DNA of 64,000 nt from an uncultured Spirochaetota bacterium. GTDB taxonomy: Bacteria > Spirochaetota > Brevinematia > Brevinematales > JAOACQ01. The notes below the pieces were generated by a model. The model searched no databases, was not told the DNA's origin, and saw only the letters and a program-made list of their open reading frames with translations. The stretch spans positions 1,000,016 to 1,064,015 of the forward strand of contig CAWIGG010000004.1 of the NCBI GenBank assembly GCA_963835575.1, read 5' to 3'. Below, piece by piece: positions 1-10,500 of the stretch. Numbering within the stretch: the first letter of the stretch is position 1; every line of letters starts with the position of its first letter. The position numbers were made by a program, and so were the translations under genes.

Positions 1-242
1 AATTGAAAAAACTCGGGGCGGAAGTCAAAGAATCCGCCGCCGGCCTTGATATATTTCCGAAAAATAATTATAATCATGCTCTTATTGAAACCTATAATGA
101 TCACAGGATAGCAATGGCTTTTTCCATTGCCGGGCTTAAAATTGAAGGTGTGGAAATTTCCAATCCTTCATGCGTGTCGAAAACATTTCCCGATTTTTAT
201 GAATATTTCGGAAGTGTATTTAATAATCAGCATAATTTTTGA
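1..242 (+). CDS. aroA: 3-phosphoshikimate 1-carboxyvinyltransferase (EPSP synthase), C-terminal fragment entering from upstream
   Basis: ORF 3..242. It has the EPSPS C-terminal motifs ETYNDHRIAMAFSIAGL and PSCVSKTFPDFYEYF. The true start lies outside the window. Confidence 0.85.
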   Translation, partial: LKKLGAEVKESAAGLDIFPKNNYNHALIETYNDHRIAMAFSIAGLKIEGVEISNPSCVSKTFPDFYEYFGSVFNNQHNF

Positions 243-282
243 CATTTTTTTAAAAACAAGTGTATAATAAAAAATGCTACGA

Positions 283-355
283 GCCCATATAGCTCAGCTG
301 GTAGAGCACCTCCATGGTAAGGAGGGGGTCGGCGGTTCAATCCCGCCTGTGGGCT
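283..355 (+). tRNA. tRNA-Thr (anticodon GGU)
   Basis: Hand-folded cloverleaf. Acceptor GCCCATA/TGTGGGC, D arm GCTC..GAGC, anticodon stem CCTCC/GGAGG with loop ATGGTAA, T arm GGCGG TTCAATC CCGCC. Confidence 0.85.
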
Positions 356-473
356 AATGTGTGTAACAGGCTGCCGGTTGAAAATTGGGCTTGAAGGGAT
401 CGCTTAAAACCAGCGGCTTGTTGAAGATATATATAAATTTTTATATTAATGCAAATAGAGATGGAGTGTTTTT

Positions 474-626
474 ATGCAGATTGTTACGTTGGAATGCGAA
501 ACCTGCGGAGAAAGAAATTACACAACGAATAAAACGAAAGAAATGGTCCAGCAAAGGGTAAAATTGAATATTAAAAAGTACTGCCCGCGCTGCAGAAAGC
601 ATACGGTTCATAAAGAAGTAAAATAA
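474..626 (+). CDS. rpmG: 50S ribosomal protein L33
   Basis: 50-codon ORF below the ORF-track cutoff: [50 protein letters not shown]. It has the CxxC...CxxC zinc ribbon typical of L33. It sits between tRNA-Thr and tRNA-Trp/secE, the usual neighbourhood. Confidence 0.85.
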   Translation: MQIVTLECETCGERNYTTNKTKEMVQQRVKLNIKKYCPRCRKHTVHKEVK

Positions 627-633
627 AGCGGAA

Positions 634-657
634 AGCTAAAAGCTAAAAGCTAAAAGC
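634..657. repeat. Tandem heptamer (AGCTAAA)x3; one arm of a long imperfect inverted repeat whose partner is at about 708-745
   Basis: gaaAGCTAAAAGCTAAAAGCTAAAAGCggg read directly. The reverse complement of 708-745 reads gctcaaagctgaaagtcagaaagcaaaaagccggg. Related AGCTGA/AGCTAA-rich strings recur at 12.55-12.62 kb and 13.43-13.51 kb. Confidence 0.6.
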
Positions 658-751
658 GGGCAGGGAGAAATTTCCTGAAAGCAAGCGATAGTTTTTTATT
701 ATGTATTCCCGGCTTTTTGCTTTCTGACTTTCAGCTTTGAGCTAATAATAT

Positions 752-824
752 AGGCCTGTAGCTCAATTGGCAGAGTAGCGGTCTCCAAAACCGTTGGTTG
801 GGGGTTCGATTCCCTCCAGGCCTG
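752..824 (+). tRNA. tRNA-Trp (anticodon CCA)
   Basis: Cloverleaf. Acceptor AGGCCTG/CAGGCCT, anticodon stem GCGGT/ACCGT with loop CTCCAAA, T arm GGGGG TTCGATT CCCTC. It lies directly upstream of secE-nusG, as in many bacteria. Confidence 0.85.
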
Positions 825-841
825 ATTACTAGGAGTTTAAT

Positions 842-1084
842 ATGGCGACTTTGATATATTGGATTATAATTGGAGCCGGGGTTCTCATTGTCGGAATTGT
901 ACTGATTGTACAAAGGGCTTTTGTCAAGGAAAGCCTGGATGAGTTGAAAAAAGTTACCTGGCCTTCCAGGGAGCTGGCGCTGACTTCCGCTACTGTAACG
1001 ATTATTTTCGTTGTTGTGTTTTCGCTTATGCTGGCTGTACTGGATTATGTCGCTAATTTAGTTGTAAAAGGCATGGTTAGATAG
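842..1084 (+). CDS. secE: preprotein translocase subunit SecE
   Basis: 80-aa ORF with hydrophobic helices. The KESLDELKKVTWPSR motif is followed by a C-terminal TM segment. It lies immediately upstream of nusG. Confidence 0.8.
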   Translation: MATLIYWIIIGAGVLIVGIVLIVQRAFVKESLDELKKVTWPSRELALTSATVTIIFVVVFSLMLAVLDYVANLVVKGMVR

Positions 1085-1085
1085 A

Positions 1086-1649
1086 ATGGCAAGAGGATGG
1101 TTTGTAATTCAGGTCTATACCGGATATGAAAAGAGGACAACGAATGATCTGCTTGCGAAAAAAACCAATGGGTCTCTCAAGGATATTTTGCTGGATGTGA
1201 AAATCCCCGAAGAAGAATATGTAGTTGAAAAGAAAAATAAAAAAGTCGTTAAGAAAAGAAATCTTTATCCTGGTTATATATTAGCCGAGCTGGACCTTCC
1301 CGACGATGATGCAGTCTGGAAGAAGGTTTATTCCGAGATCCGCTCTATTACGGGAGTGGGTATGTTTTTAACGGCCGGGGGCGGGAACAAAAGGCCTTCC
1401 CCGCTGGCTTATGATGATGTAAAGTCCATCTTTGAAAAAACAGGCGAGATTAAACCGCATCTGGCAAAACTGGAATCGGGATTTTCTATCGGCGATAAGG
1501 TCAAGATCAATGAAGGTCCTTTCAAGGATTTTGAGGGCGAGGTCCAGGAAATCCATAATGAGAAGAACAGCCTCACTTTAAGGGTTGAGATTTTCGGACG
1601 GCTGACGCCGGTAGAGCTGGATTTCAATCAGATCCAGCGGATTTCATAG
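1086..1649 (+). CDS. nusG: transcription termination/antitermination factor NusG
   Basis: N-terminal [13 protein letters not shown] (NGN domain) and C-terminal KOW-like [21 protein letters not shown]. Synteny secE-nusG-rplK. Confidence 0.9.
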   Translation: MARGWFVIQVYTGYEKRTTNDLLAKKTNGSLKDILLDVKIPEEEYVVEKKNKKVVKKRNLYPGYILAELDLPDDDAVWKKVYSEIRSITGVGMFLTAGGGNKRPSPLAYDDVKSIFEKTGEIKPHLAKLESGFSIGDKVKINEGPFKDFEGEVQEIHNEKNSLTLRVEIFGRLTPVELDFNQIQRIS

Positions 1650-1671
1650 AGGTGAAAGAAGGAGAATTCAA

Positions 1672-2106
1672 ATGGCACCGAAAACAAAAAAGTTAAAAGC
1701 GATTGTAAAATTACAGATTCCCGCAGGGCTTGCCAATCCGGCTCCGCCTGTCGGGACGGCCCTCGGACCTCATGGCATTCCTTTAATGGATTTCTGCAAG
1801 CAGTTTAATGACGCGACAAAAGATAAAGCGGGTTTTATTATTCCCGTTGTTTTAAGCGTTTTTGAGGACAGGACGTTTACTTTTATAACCAAGACGCCGC
1901 CTGCTTCCAATCTCATTAAAAAAGAGCTGGGCCTTGAAAAGGGTTCTTCCGAATCCAATAAGCAGAAGGTCGGGAAGATCACGATGGAACAGTTGAAAAA
2001 GATCGCGCAGATCAAGATGCAGGATTTGAACGCGAAGGACATAGACGCGGCGGCCAGGATTATCGGCGGGACCGCCAGAAATATGGGTATAGAGCTGGAG
2101 GGGTAA
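1672..2106 (+). CDS. rplK: 50S ribosomal protein L11
   Basis: [34 protein letters not shown] is the canonical L11 N-terminal domain. Confidence 0.95.
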   Translation: MAPKTKKLKAIVKLQIPAGLANPAPPVGTALGPHGIPLMDFCKQFNDATKDKAGFIIPVVLSVFEDRTFTFITKTPPASNLIKKELGLEKGSSESNKQKVGKITMEQLKKIAQIKMQDLNAKDIDAAARIIGGTARNMGIELEG

Positions 2107-2820
2107 ATGAAAAGTTTAGTCAAAAACGGCGTTATTTTTAAAGGCGGGAAAAGATACCTGTCTTTGATAGAAAAAAACGACCTCTTCAAGGCTTACGCGT
2201 TTGATGAGGCCTGCAAGATGGTCAAGACATTGGCCACAGCCAAGTTTGATGAATCGATAGACCTGAGCTATAAGCTCAATATCAAGCAGAAGCACACGAT
2301 CCGCGATGTGGTTGTACTTCCGCATTCCATCGGGAAAAAGATACGGGTGCTTGTTTTCGCCGCGGGAGATAAGGCGGCGGAAGCCCAGCAGGCCGGCGCG
2401 GACTTTATCGGCGGGGAAGACCTTGTCGAAAAGATATCCCAGGGCTGGCTTGAATTTGACGCTGTGCTGGCGACGCCGGATATGATGAAGATCCTGAGTA
2501 AAGTAGCCCCGATATTGGGCCGGCGTAAAATGATGCCGAACCCGAAAACCGGAACTGTTACAATGGATATAACCCGTGTCGTGAAAGAATCAAAAGCCGG
2601 AAAGGTCGAGATCCGGGCCGATAAAACCGGGAATGTTCATGTCGTAGTCGGCAAGAAATCTTTGTCCGATCAGGACCTCTTTGAAAACGCGTTTGCCATT
2701 CATAAAGTCCTGATAAAGAATAAGCCTGCGGATTTGAAAGGGGATTATATAAAAACCATGGCCCTGTCCTCAACGATGAGCCCCGCCGTTCAGGTGGATT
2801 TCAAAAAAATTGCCGTATAG
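2107..2820 (+). CDS. rplA: 50S ribosomal protein L1
   Basis: GKRYLSLIEK..., DLSYKLNIKQKHTIRDVVVLPH and AGADFIGGEDLVEKI motifs, in the rplK-rplA order. The exact start codon is uncertain because the N-terminus is longer than typical. Confidence 0.88.
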   Translation: MKSLVKNGVIFKGGKRYLSLIEKNDLFKAYAFDEACKMVKTLATAKFDESIDLSYKLNIKQKHTIRDVVVLPHSIGKKIRVLVFAAGDKAAEAQQAGADFIGGEDLVEKISQGWLEFDAVLATPDMMKILSKVAPILGRRKMMPNPKTGTVTMDITRVVKESKAGKVEIRADKTGNVHVVVGKKSLSDQDLFENAFAIHKVLIKNKPADLKGDYIKTMALSSTMSPAVQVDFKKIAV

Positions 2821-2857
2821 AATCCCGGTTTAAAATTGAGTTATAAGGAAGGTTTGT

Positions 2858-3376
2858 ATGCCGAATCCAGAAAAAATAAAGTATGTGGAAGCGATAAAAG
2901 AGGACCTGAAAGGGATTGACGGCCTGGTGCTGGCCGATTTTAAAGGCCTGACTGTTCTGGAGCAGGATGATCTGAGAAAAAAAGTTGATAAGGAAGGCGG
3001 TTCGGCCAGGGTTATCAAAAACACGCTCTTAAAAAAGGCCTTTGATGATTCAAAGATCGAAGGCTTGAACGATTTCTTGATCAACAACACCATCGTTTTT
3101 TCTTCAAAGACCGATATTATGCGGCTTCTTAAAATCGTCTCGGATTTTTCCAGACAGCATGACAAGTTTACGCTTAAGGGCGGTTATCTTGACGGCAGGG
3201 CATATGATAAGGCCGGTGTTATCGTGATGGCCCAGATGCCTTCAAGGAAGGAATTGCTCGGTCAGATTGCCGGCAATATGTACGCGATGGTCGGGAATGT
3301 TGTCGGGGTACTGGACGCTATTGTGACCAAATTTGTTGGTACAGTTGAAGCGCTTGAAAAAAAGAAAGAAAACTAA
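2858..3376 (+). CDS. rplJ: 50S ribosomal protein L10
   Basis: 172-aa ORF between rplA and rplL. L10-like N-terminal region (KIKYVEAIKEDLKGIDGLVLADFKGLTV). Confidence 0.88.
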   Translation: MPNPEKIKYVEAIKEDLKGIDGLVLADFKGLTVLEQDDLRKKVDKEGGSARVIKNTLLKKAFDDSKIEGLNDFLINNTIVFSSKTDIMRLLKIVSDFSRQHDKFTLKGGYLDGRAYDKAGVIVMAQMPSRKELLGQIAGNMYAMVGNVVGVLDAIVTKFVGTVEALEKKKEN

Positions 3377-3405
3377 GCTTATAAAATAATAGAAGGAGTA
3401 CAAAT

Positions 3406-3792
3406 ATGGCTGAAAATAAGATTCAGGAAGTCATCGATTTAATTTCTAATATGACTGTATTAGAATTGAACGAACTCAGAAAGGCGATGGAAGAAAAGTT
3501 TGATGTAAAAGCGGCTGCTCCGATGGCCTTCGCGGCTCCTGCGGCCGGCGCCGGCGCTGCTCCTGCTGCGGAAGAAGCTTCTACGGTTTCTGTTTTCATT
3601 AAAGATGCAGGCGCCAAGAAGATTGAAGTAATTAAAGTTGTCAGAAATATTACAGGACTTGCTTTGAAAGAAGCGAAGGAACTGGCTGAAGGCGGCGGAA
3701 AGTCGGCTGTTAAGGAAAACATTTCCAAAGCGGACGGCGATAAGCTCAAAAAAGAGCTTGAAGAAGCCGGAGCTGTCGTTGAGGTTAAGTAA
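3406..3792 (+). CDS. rplL: 50S ribosomal protein L7/L12
   Basis: Ala/Pro-rich hinge ([22 protein letters not shown]) followed by [27 protein letters not shown]...[11 protein letters not shown]. Confidence 0.95.
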   Translation: MAENKIQEVIDLISNMTVLELNELRKAMEEKFDVKAAAPMAFAAPAAGAGAAPAAEEASTVSVFIKDAGAKKIEVIKVVRNITGLALKEAKELAEGGGKSAVKENISKADGDKLKKELEEAGAVVEVK

Positions 3793-3916
3793 GCATTTCT
3801 TACCCATACTGTTTCATCTCTTATTTAATGTAGTCAAATGTTGAGTTGTATCTTCCCCTTCTTATTAAGGAAGGGGAAGTTGTGTTTATTTTATAAATAA
3901 GGCAGGGGAGTAATAT

Positions 3917-6900
3917 ATGGTAGTGAGTCAAGAAAGGATTACATTCGCGAAGAATAAAGACAGAGCGCCTCTTCCCGATCTGCTTGATATTCAATTAAGG
4001 TCCTTCAAAGATTTTCTCCAGATTGATAAAAAACCCACCCAGAGGGAAAGCAAAGGCCTGGAGCATGTTTTCAGGAGCTTTTTTCCCATCGAAGGCGCTA
4101 ACGGCGAGATCATTATTGAATATGTCAGTTATGAAGTGGGCGCGTGCAAATATACGGAAGACGAGTGCTTCGATAAAAATCTGACTTACAGCGTTCCCGT
4201 CAAGGCGATATTCCGTTTGATCGACAGGAAAACAGGCGAAATAAAGGAAAAAGATATATACATAGGCGATTTTCCCCTGATGACGAAGAGGGGGACATTT
4301 ATTTTTAACGGCGCCGAACGGGTTGTCGTGAACCAGATCTATAAATCGCCCGGCGTTCTTTTCAGCTATAAAAACAAGGAATTTTCCTCAAAAATCGTGC
4401 CTGAGAAAGGTTCCTGGCTCGAATTTATTATAGACACGAAAAAGGACCTGATGTATGTCCGTATCGACTCGAGAAGAAAAGTCCTGGTTACCATGTTCCT
4501 CAGGGCCCTAGAGCTGAGCACGGCCGATATCATCAACGCATTTTTCAAAATCAGGAAGATTGACCTTTCCAGGATCGAGAAGGATGAGGCCATCACGCGT
4601 CTGGTCGGCAAGTATGTGGCCGAGGACGTTCTGGACGAAGAGAATAATATTATGATAGGAGCTGTCGAAAAACTCTTCCCGAACAGCATCAACCAGCTCT
4701 ATCAGAAAGGGAAGACGATCATTAAAATTATCGATCCCAAATCGGTCATAGAAAACAGGCCGCTCATCAATACCCTCGAAAAGGATGACACCAAGGACGC
4801 TGTTAATAAGGCCATCAAAAAGATTTACAGCATTCTTCATCCCGGCGAAGCGGCGCCTCTTGAAAGCATCGTGAAGGAACTCCATAATATGTTCTTCAGC
4901 CCCAAGATGTACGACCTGGGCGAAGTCGGCCGGTACAAACTGGTACTCAAGCTCTATCCCGAAATAACGCAGGACGAGAAGAACGCCCTGATCGAGCAGA
5001 GGACGCTGTCCTTTGAGGATATCAACAGGACGCTGTCGCATCTTGTCAAGGTTTATAATAAACAAACAAACCTGGACGATGTCGATCATCTGGGCAATAG
5101 AAGGGTCCGGAACGTGAATGAGCTTCTTGTGAACCAATTGATCTCCGCTTTTACGAAAGTGGAAAAATCGATCCATGAAAAGCTTTCTTCAAGGGAAATA
5201 GAAGACCTGACGCCCCAGAGCATCATCGCGATCAAGCCCATTGTCTCGGCTTTGAATGATTTCTTCGGGATGAGCCAGCTTTCCCAGTTTATGGACCAGA
5301 CGAACCCGATTTCCGAATTGACGCATAAAAGAAGGCTCTCTGCCCTCGGCCCCGGCGGCCTCTCAAGGGACAGGGCCGGATTTGAAGTCCGCGACGTTCA
5401 TAATACGCATTACGGCAGGGTCTGCCCCATTGAAACGCCGGAAGGCCCGAACATCGGCCTGATTGTTTCTCTGGCGACATATGCTAATGTTAACAACTAT
5501 GGATTTCTCGAAACCCCCTATGTGGTCATTAAGAACAGAAAAGTAACGGATGAGATCCGCTATCTATCGGCCACTGAAGAAGAAAATTATTATATAGCCC
5601 AGGCCAACGCGAAGCTCAACGCCAAAGGCGAAATCGTGGAAGATTTTGTCCAGTCACGATATAAAGTGGAATTCGAGCTGGCCCCGAGCGATAAGATCCA
5701 GCTGATGGACGTTGCGCCGAAACAGATCCTTTCCGTATCGGCTTCCATTATTCCCTTTATCGAGCACGACGACGCCAACCGCGCCCTGATGGGCTCGAAC
5801 ATGCAGAGACAGGCTGTTCCTCTTCTTGCATCCGACGCGCCCATCGTGGGAACAGGTATGGAATATTATGTGGCGAGGGATTCACGCGCTGTTGTTCTCT
5901 CCGAAGTGGACGGCAAAGTCTTAAAAGTGGATTCGCAGGCCATCACGGTCCATGAAAACCGTAAGGGCGACGTGACATATAATCTTGTCAAGTTCAGAAG
6001 GACCAATCAGGATACAAGCTTCAATCAGAAGCCGATCGTCGATGAGGGCGATATTGTCAAAAAAGGGACTGTCCTCGCGGACGGTTTCGCGAGCGCGGGC
6101 GGAGAACTGGCGCTGGGTAAAAATATCCTCGTCGCGTTCATGCCCTGGAACGGCTATAATTATGAAGATGCGGTGCTCATCAGCGAAAAACTTCTTAAAG
6201 ATGATGATTTTACTTCCATATACACGACGGTTTTTGAATGTAAAGCCCTGGAAACCAAGCTGGGCAGCGAAGAGATAACCAATGAGATCCCCAATGTAGG
6301 CGAGGACGCCGTCAGGAACCTGGATGAAAACGGGATCATCCGCGTCGGGGCATATGTCAAACCCGGCGATATACTGGTCGGCAAAGTAACTCCGAAAGGC
6401 GAGCCGACGGAAACCCCTGAGTTCAGGCTTCTCCATGCCATCTTCGGCGAAAAGGCCAAGGACGTCAGGGACACATCGCTGCGCGTGCCGCATGGCGAAG
6501 GTGGCGTTGTCGTGGATGTCAAAGTGTTCAGCGCAGACAAGGGCGACGAGCTGGCGCCCGGAGTGCTCAAGCTTGTCAAAGTCTATATGGCAAAGAAAAG
6601 AAAAATAAAACCCGGCGATAAAATCGCGGGACGCCATGGAAATAAAGGTGTCATTTCCCGCGTTCTGGCGGAAGAGGATATGCCTTATCTGCCTGACGGG
6701 ACGCCGGTTGATATCGTATTGAACCCTCTCGGCGTGCCGAGTAGAATGAATATCGGCCAGCTTTTTGACAGCCTTCTGGGACTGGCGGGCTGGAAACTGG
6801 GCGTGCAGTATGAATGCCCCGTTTTCGAAGGCGCGACACTGGAAGAAATTGAAAAGCAGCTCGAACTGGCCAATGATAAAACGAAAAAGGAAATCATAAA

Positions 6901-7447
6901 GGAAAGGAAGAATTACGGCGAATCGGACAGGGAAATACACCGCTATTATGAAAGGATCAAGCTTCAGAAAGACGGCAAATTCCTGGTCAGGGACGGCAAA
7001 ACGGGCGACTTATTTGAAAAGCCCGTGTTTGTCGGCGTGATGTACATTATGAAGCTGCACCATATGGTGGATGATAAGATACACGCGCGCTCCGTCGGCC
7101 CGTACTCGCTTGTGACCCAGCAGCCGCTGAGAGGAAAGGCGAACTTCGGAGGGCAGAGGCTCGGCGAAATGGAAGTCTGGGCGCTGGAAGCTTACGGCGC
7201 GGCGAACCTTTTACAAGAGATGCTGACAATAAAATCGGATGATACGGACGGAAGGGTGAGGATTTACGAAGGCGTCATCAAGGGCAAGTACACGGCTTCG
7301 CCCGGTATTCCGGAATCGTTCAATGTGCTGGTCCAGGAACTCCGCGGTCTGGCGCTGGACATCCAGGTTTATGACAAGAACGGAAAAAGGGTCCCTCTGA
7401 ACGATAAGGAAAAAGAATTGATCGATATGAAGGTGCATTTAATATAA
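3917..7447 (+). CDS. rpoB: DNA-directed RNA polymerase subunit beta
   Basis: 1176-aa ORF with conserved beta motifs: GNRRVRNVNELL, RLSALGPGGLSRDRAGFEVRDVHNTHYGRVCPIETPEGPNIGLI, GRHGNKGVISRV, KLHHMVDDKIHARS. Confidence 0.97.
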   Translation: MVVSQERITFAKNKDRAPLPDLLDIQLRSFKDFLQIDKKPTQRESKGLEHVFRSFFPIEGANGEIIIEYVSYEVGACKYTEDECFDKNLTYSVPVKAIFRLIDRKTGEIKEKDIYIGDFPLMTKRGTFIFNGAERVVVNQIYKSPGVLFSYKNKEFSSKIVPEKGSWLEFIIDTKKDLMYVRIDSRRKVLVTMFLRALELSTADIINAFFKIRKIDLSRIEKDEAITRLVGKYVAEDVLDEENNIMIGAVEKLFPNSINQLYQKGKTIIKIIDPKSVIENRPLINTLEKDDTKDAVNKAIKKIYSILHPGEAAPLESIVKELHNMFFSPKMYDLGEVGRYKLVLKLYPEITQDEKNALIEQRTLSFEDINRTLSHLVKVYNKQTNLDDVDHLGNRRVRNVNELLVNQLISAFTKVEKSIHEKLSSREIEDLTPQSIIAIKPIVSALNDFFGMSQLSQFMDQTNPISELTHKRRLSALGPGGLSRDRAGFEVRDVHNTHYGRVCPIETPEGPNIGLIVSLATYANVNNYGFLETPYVVIKNRKVTDEIRYLSATEEENYYIAQANAKLNAKGEIVEDFVQSRYKVEFELAPSDKIQLMDVAPKQILSVSASIIPFIEHDDANRALMGSNMQRQAVPLLASDAPIVGTGMEYYVARDSRAVVLSEVDGKVLKVDSQAITVHENRKGDVTYNLVKFRRTNQDTSFNQKPIVDEGDIVKKGTVLADGFASAGGELALGKNILVAFMPWNGYNYEDAVLISEKLLKDDDFTSIYTTVFECKALETKLGSEEITNEIPNVGEDAVRNLDENGIIRVGAYVKPGDILVGKVTPKGEPTETPEFRLLHAIFGEKAKDVRDTSLRVPHGEGGVVVDVKVFSADKGDELAPGVLKLVKVYMAKKRKIKPGDKIAGRHGNKGVISRVLAEEDMPYLPDGTPVDIVLNPLGVPSRMNIGQLFDSLLGLAGWKLGVQYECPVFEGATLEEIEKQLELANDKTKKEIIKERKNYGESDREIHRYYERIKLQKDGKFLVRDGKTGDLFEKPVFVGVMYIMKLHHMVDDKIHARSVGPYSLVTQQPLRGKANFGGQRLGEMEVWALEAYGAANLLQEMLTIKSDDTDGRVRIYEGVIKGKYTASPGIPESFNVLVQELRGLALDIQVYDKNGKRVPLNDKEKELIDMKVHLI

Positions 7448-7451
7448 TACA

Positions 7452-7485
7452 CCGGTAGAGACGTTGCATGCAACGTCTCTACCGG
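7452..7485. repeat. Perfect 34-nt palindrome in the rpoB-rpoC spacer (GAGACG...CGTCTC hairpin family)
   Basis: CCGGTAGAGACGTTGCA|TGCAACGTCTCTACCGG; the two 17-nt halves are exact reverse complements. The core GTAGAGACGT...ACGTCTCTAC is shared with three copies inside the rhs ORF. Confidence 0.9.
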
Positions 7486-7513
7486 GACAACATTAAAATA
7501 AAAGGAGATAAAC

Positions 7514-10500
7514 ATGAAGGGATCGACCAGTTTTGGAGCGATATCCATTCAGCTTGCTTCTTCTGAACTTATCAAGAGTCTATCCTACGGCGAGGTCAAG
7601 AAGCCGGAAACAATAAATTACAGAACGCTCAGGCCCGAGCGGGAAGGCCTTTTCTGTGAAAAGATCTTCGGACCGACAAAGGACTATGAATGTTCGTGCG
7701 GGAAATTCCGCTCCATCCGCTACAAGGGCATTGTCTGCGACAAGTGCGGCGTGGAAGTGACGGAAGCGAAGGTCAGGCGCTACAGGACAGGCCATATCGA
7801 GCTGGCTGCGCCGGTGGCCCATATCTGGTACTACAGGATTGTGCCGAGCAAGATCGCCCTTCTCCTTGAAGTCGCTCCCGCGGATATCCAGAGCATCCTT
7901 TATTTTGAAAAGTATATTGTCATCGATCCGGGCGAGACGGACCTGGAACAGAACCAGGTGCTGACGGACGAGGAATTTGAGGAATACAAGGAGAAATATA
8001 AAGAGGCTTTTACGGCCGACACGGGGGCCGTGGCCATTAAAAAGATCTTAAAGAACCTCGATCTGGACGTCCTGATCGATATGCTTCGCAATCATGTGGA
8101 CAGCAAACTGAAAGTGGACAAAAAGGTATTAAAGAGGCTGGAGCTTGCCGAGGAGATCCGGAAGTCCAATAATAAGCCCGAATGGGTGGTACTGGACATT
8201 ATTCCCGTCATTCCGCCGGATTTAAGGCCGATGGTTCCGCTGGACGGGGGACGGTTCGCCACTTCCGACATTAATGATTTATATAGAAGGCTCATCAACA
8301 GGAATAACCGTTTGAGGAAACTCAAATCGGTTAACGCGCCCGATATCATCATCAAGAATGAAATGAGAATGGTCCAGGACGCCGTTGATTCGCTTTTTGA
8401 TAATTCAAGGCGCTCACACCCCGTGACGGGGAACGGCGACAGGCCGCTCAAATCACTGTCCGACATATTGAAAGGAAAACAGGGGCGTTTCAGACAGAAC
8501 CTTCTCGGAAAGAGAGTGGACTACTCCGGACGTTCCGTTATTATAGTAGGCCCGAACCTCAAGCTGCACCAGTGCGGCCTGCCGAAACTGATGGCGCTTG
8601 AGCTTTTCAAGCCCTTTGTCATGCGCGGGCTGGTCGAGCAGGGTTACGCTCATAATATCAAAGCCGCCAAGCGGATGATCGAAACGGAGCATGAACTGGT
8701 ATGGGGAATTCTGGAGAATGTCGTCAAAGGGCATCCGGTGCTGTTAAACCGCGCTCCGACGCTCCACAGGCTCGGCATCCAGGCCTTTGAGCCGATCCTG
8801 ATCGAAGAAAAAGCCATTCAGCTTCATCCCCTTGTCTGTCATGCCTACAACGCGGACTTCGACGGCGACCAGATGGCGGTCCATGTCCCTCTGACGCCTG
8901 AAGCCCAGATCGAGGCGTGGCTTTTGATGCTTTCATCGAGGAACCTGCTGAACCCGGCAAACGGAAAACCGATCGTCTATCCGACGCAGGACATGGTGCT
9001 CGGGATTTACTACCTGACAAAACCGGAAGGCGATGTCCCGAAACGGTACAAGCATTTTGACAATATAGAGGAAATATTTCTGGCCATTGAAACAAGAAAC
9101 GCGCAGTATAACCAGAGGATAAAATTTAAAAAGAACGGCAAATGGATAGAAACGACATACGGCAGGGTGATCTTTAATGAAGTTATTCCCGCACAGATGG
9201 AATTTATCAACGACACGCTGACAAGCAAGAAAATAGAAAATCTGATCGCCGCCTGCTACAAACTTTATGGGATCAAGGAAACAGCGCAATTGGTGGACGA
9301 TCTGAAAACACTCGGGTTCAAATATTCGACAATTTACGGCGTGACCATTTCCGTATCGGATGTGGAAATTCCGGAAGAGAAGTATGAGATCGTTGAGAAG
9401 ACCGAGAAAGAAGTGGAAAAGACGGAAGACAACGCCCGGAAGGGTTTGATCACGCATGATGAAAAATACAACCAGGTGATCGACCTCTGGGCCAGCGCCA
9501 ACGAAAAAGTAAAAAAGCTGGTCGAGGCGAAATTGAAGGAAAGCGACAAAGGCTTCAATTCGCTTTACGCGATGATGGACTCCGGCGCGAGAGGCTCGAG
9601 GGAACAGATCCGCCAGCTGGCGGGAATGAGAGGCTTGATGGCAAAACCGTCGGGCGAAATCATCGAGCTTGCCATTAAATCGAATTTTAAAGAAGGGCTT
9701 TCCGTGCTTGAGTACTTTATCTCGAGCCACGGCGCGAGAAAGGGTCTGGCCGATACGGCTCTCAAGACGGCGGACGCCGGCTACCTGACAAGAAAGCTGG
9801 TTGATATCTCGCAGGATGTCGTGGTCACGGAAACAGACTGCGGCACTGTCAAGGGTATTGATATTTCCTCGATAAAGGAAGGCGACGAAGTGATCAAGCC
9901 TTTAAAGGAAAGGATCCTCGGACAGACTGTCGTGTCGAATATTTACGACCCGCGCAACGGTAATCTGCTTGTTCAGGCCAATGATCTGCTTGATGAGGAA
10001 AAGACCAAACTGATAGAAGATTCGGGGATTGAAACAATAAAGATCCGCAGCGTGCTGACATGCGAAGCGGCACATGGCGTATGCGGAAAATGCTACGGCT
10101 GGGACCTCTCCGCGCGTTCGCTTGTGAATATCGGCGAAGCCGTGGGAATCATAGCGGCGGAATCGATCGGCCAGCCCGGCACACAGCTGACGATGAGAAC
10201 ATTCCATATCGGCGGTACGGCGGCGACGCAGCTTGAGGAAAGCGAATTGAAGCTGACTTACGATTCCTATATTGTCGACCTGCCCGAAAACCTTATTTCC
10301 AAGGAAATGGACGGGCTTGAAAAAGTGATCGTTCCCAGGAAGTCTTATGTCAGGGTCAGGAAGATCGTCCAGGTATTCAACAGGGCGGACATTGACAATA
10401 AGAAGGAACTGCCGTCGCTCAACGGCAAGGAATTCCTCAGCGAAAAAACCGTTTTTGTTTTAAAAGACGGGACCGAGGTGAAATTCGGAAAGAAAATCTT

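Noticed and set aside
5921-6940. 339-aa minus-strand ORF, plus many other antisense ORFs inside rpoB and rpoC (e.g. 4508..5176, 8933..9730, 10772..11302)
   Set aside because: They lie entirely within strongly supported rpoB/rpoC coding sequence. Their composition is Arg/Phe-rich and low in complexity, and they show no motifs. They are shadow ORFs.
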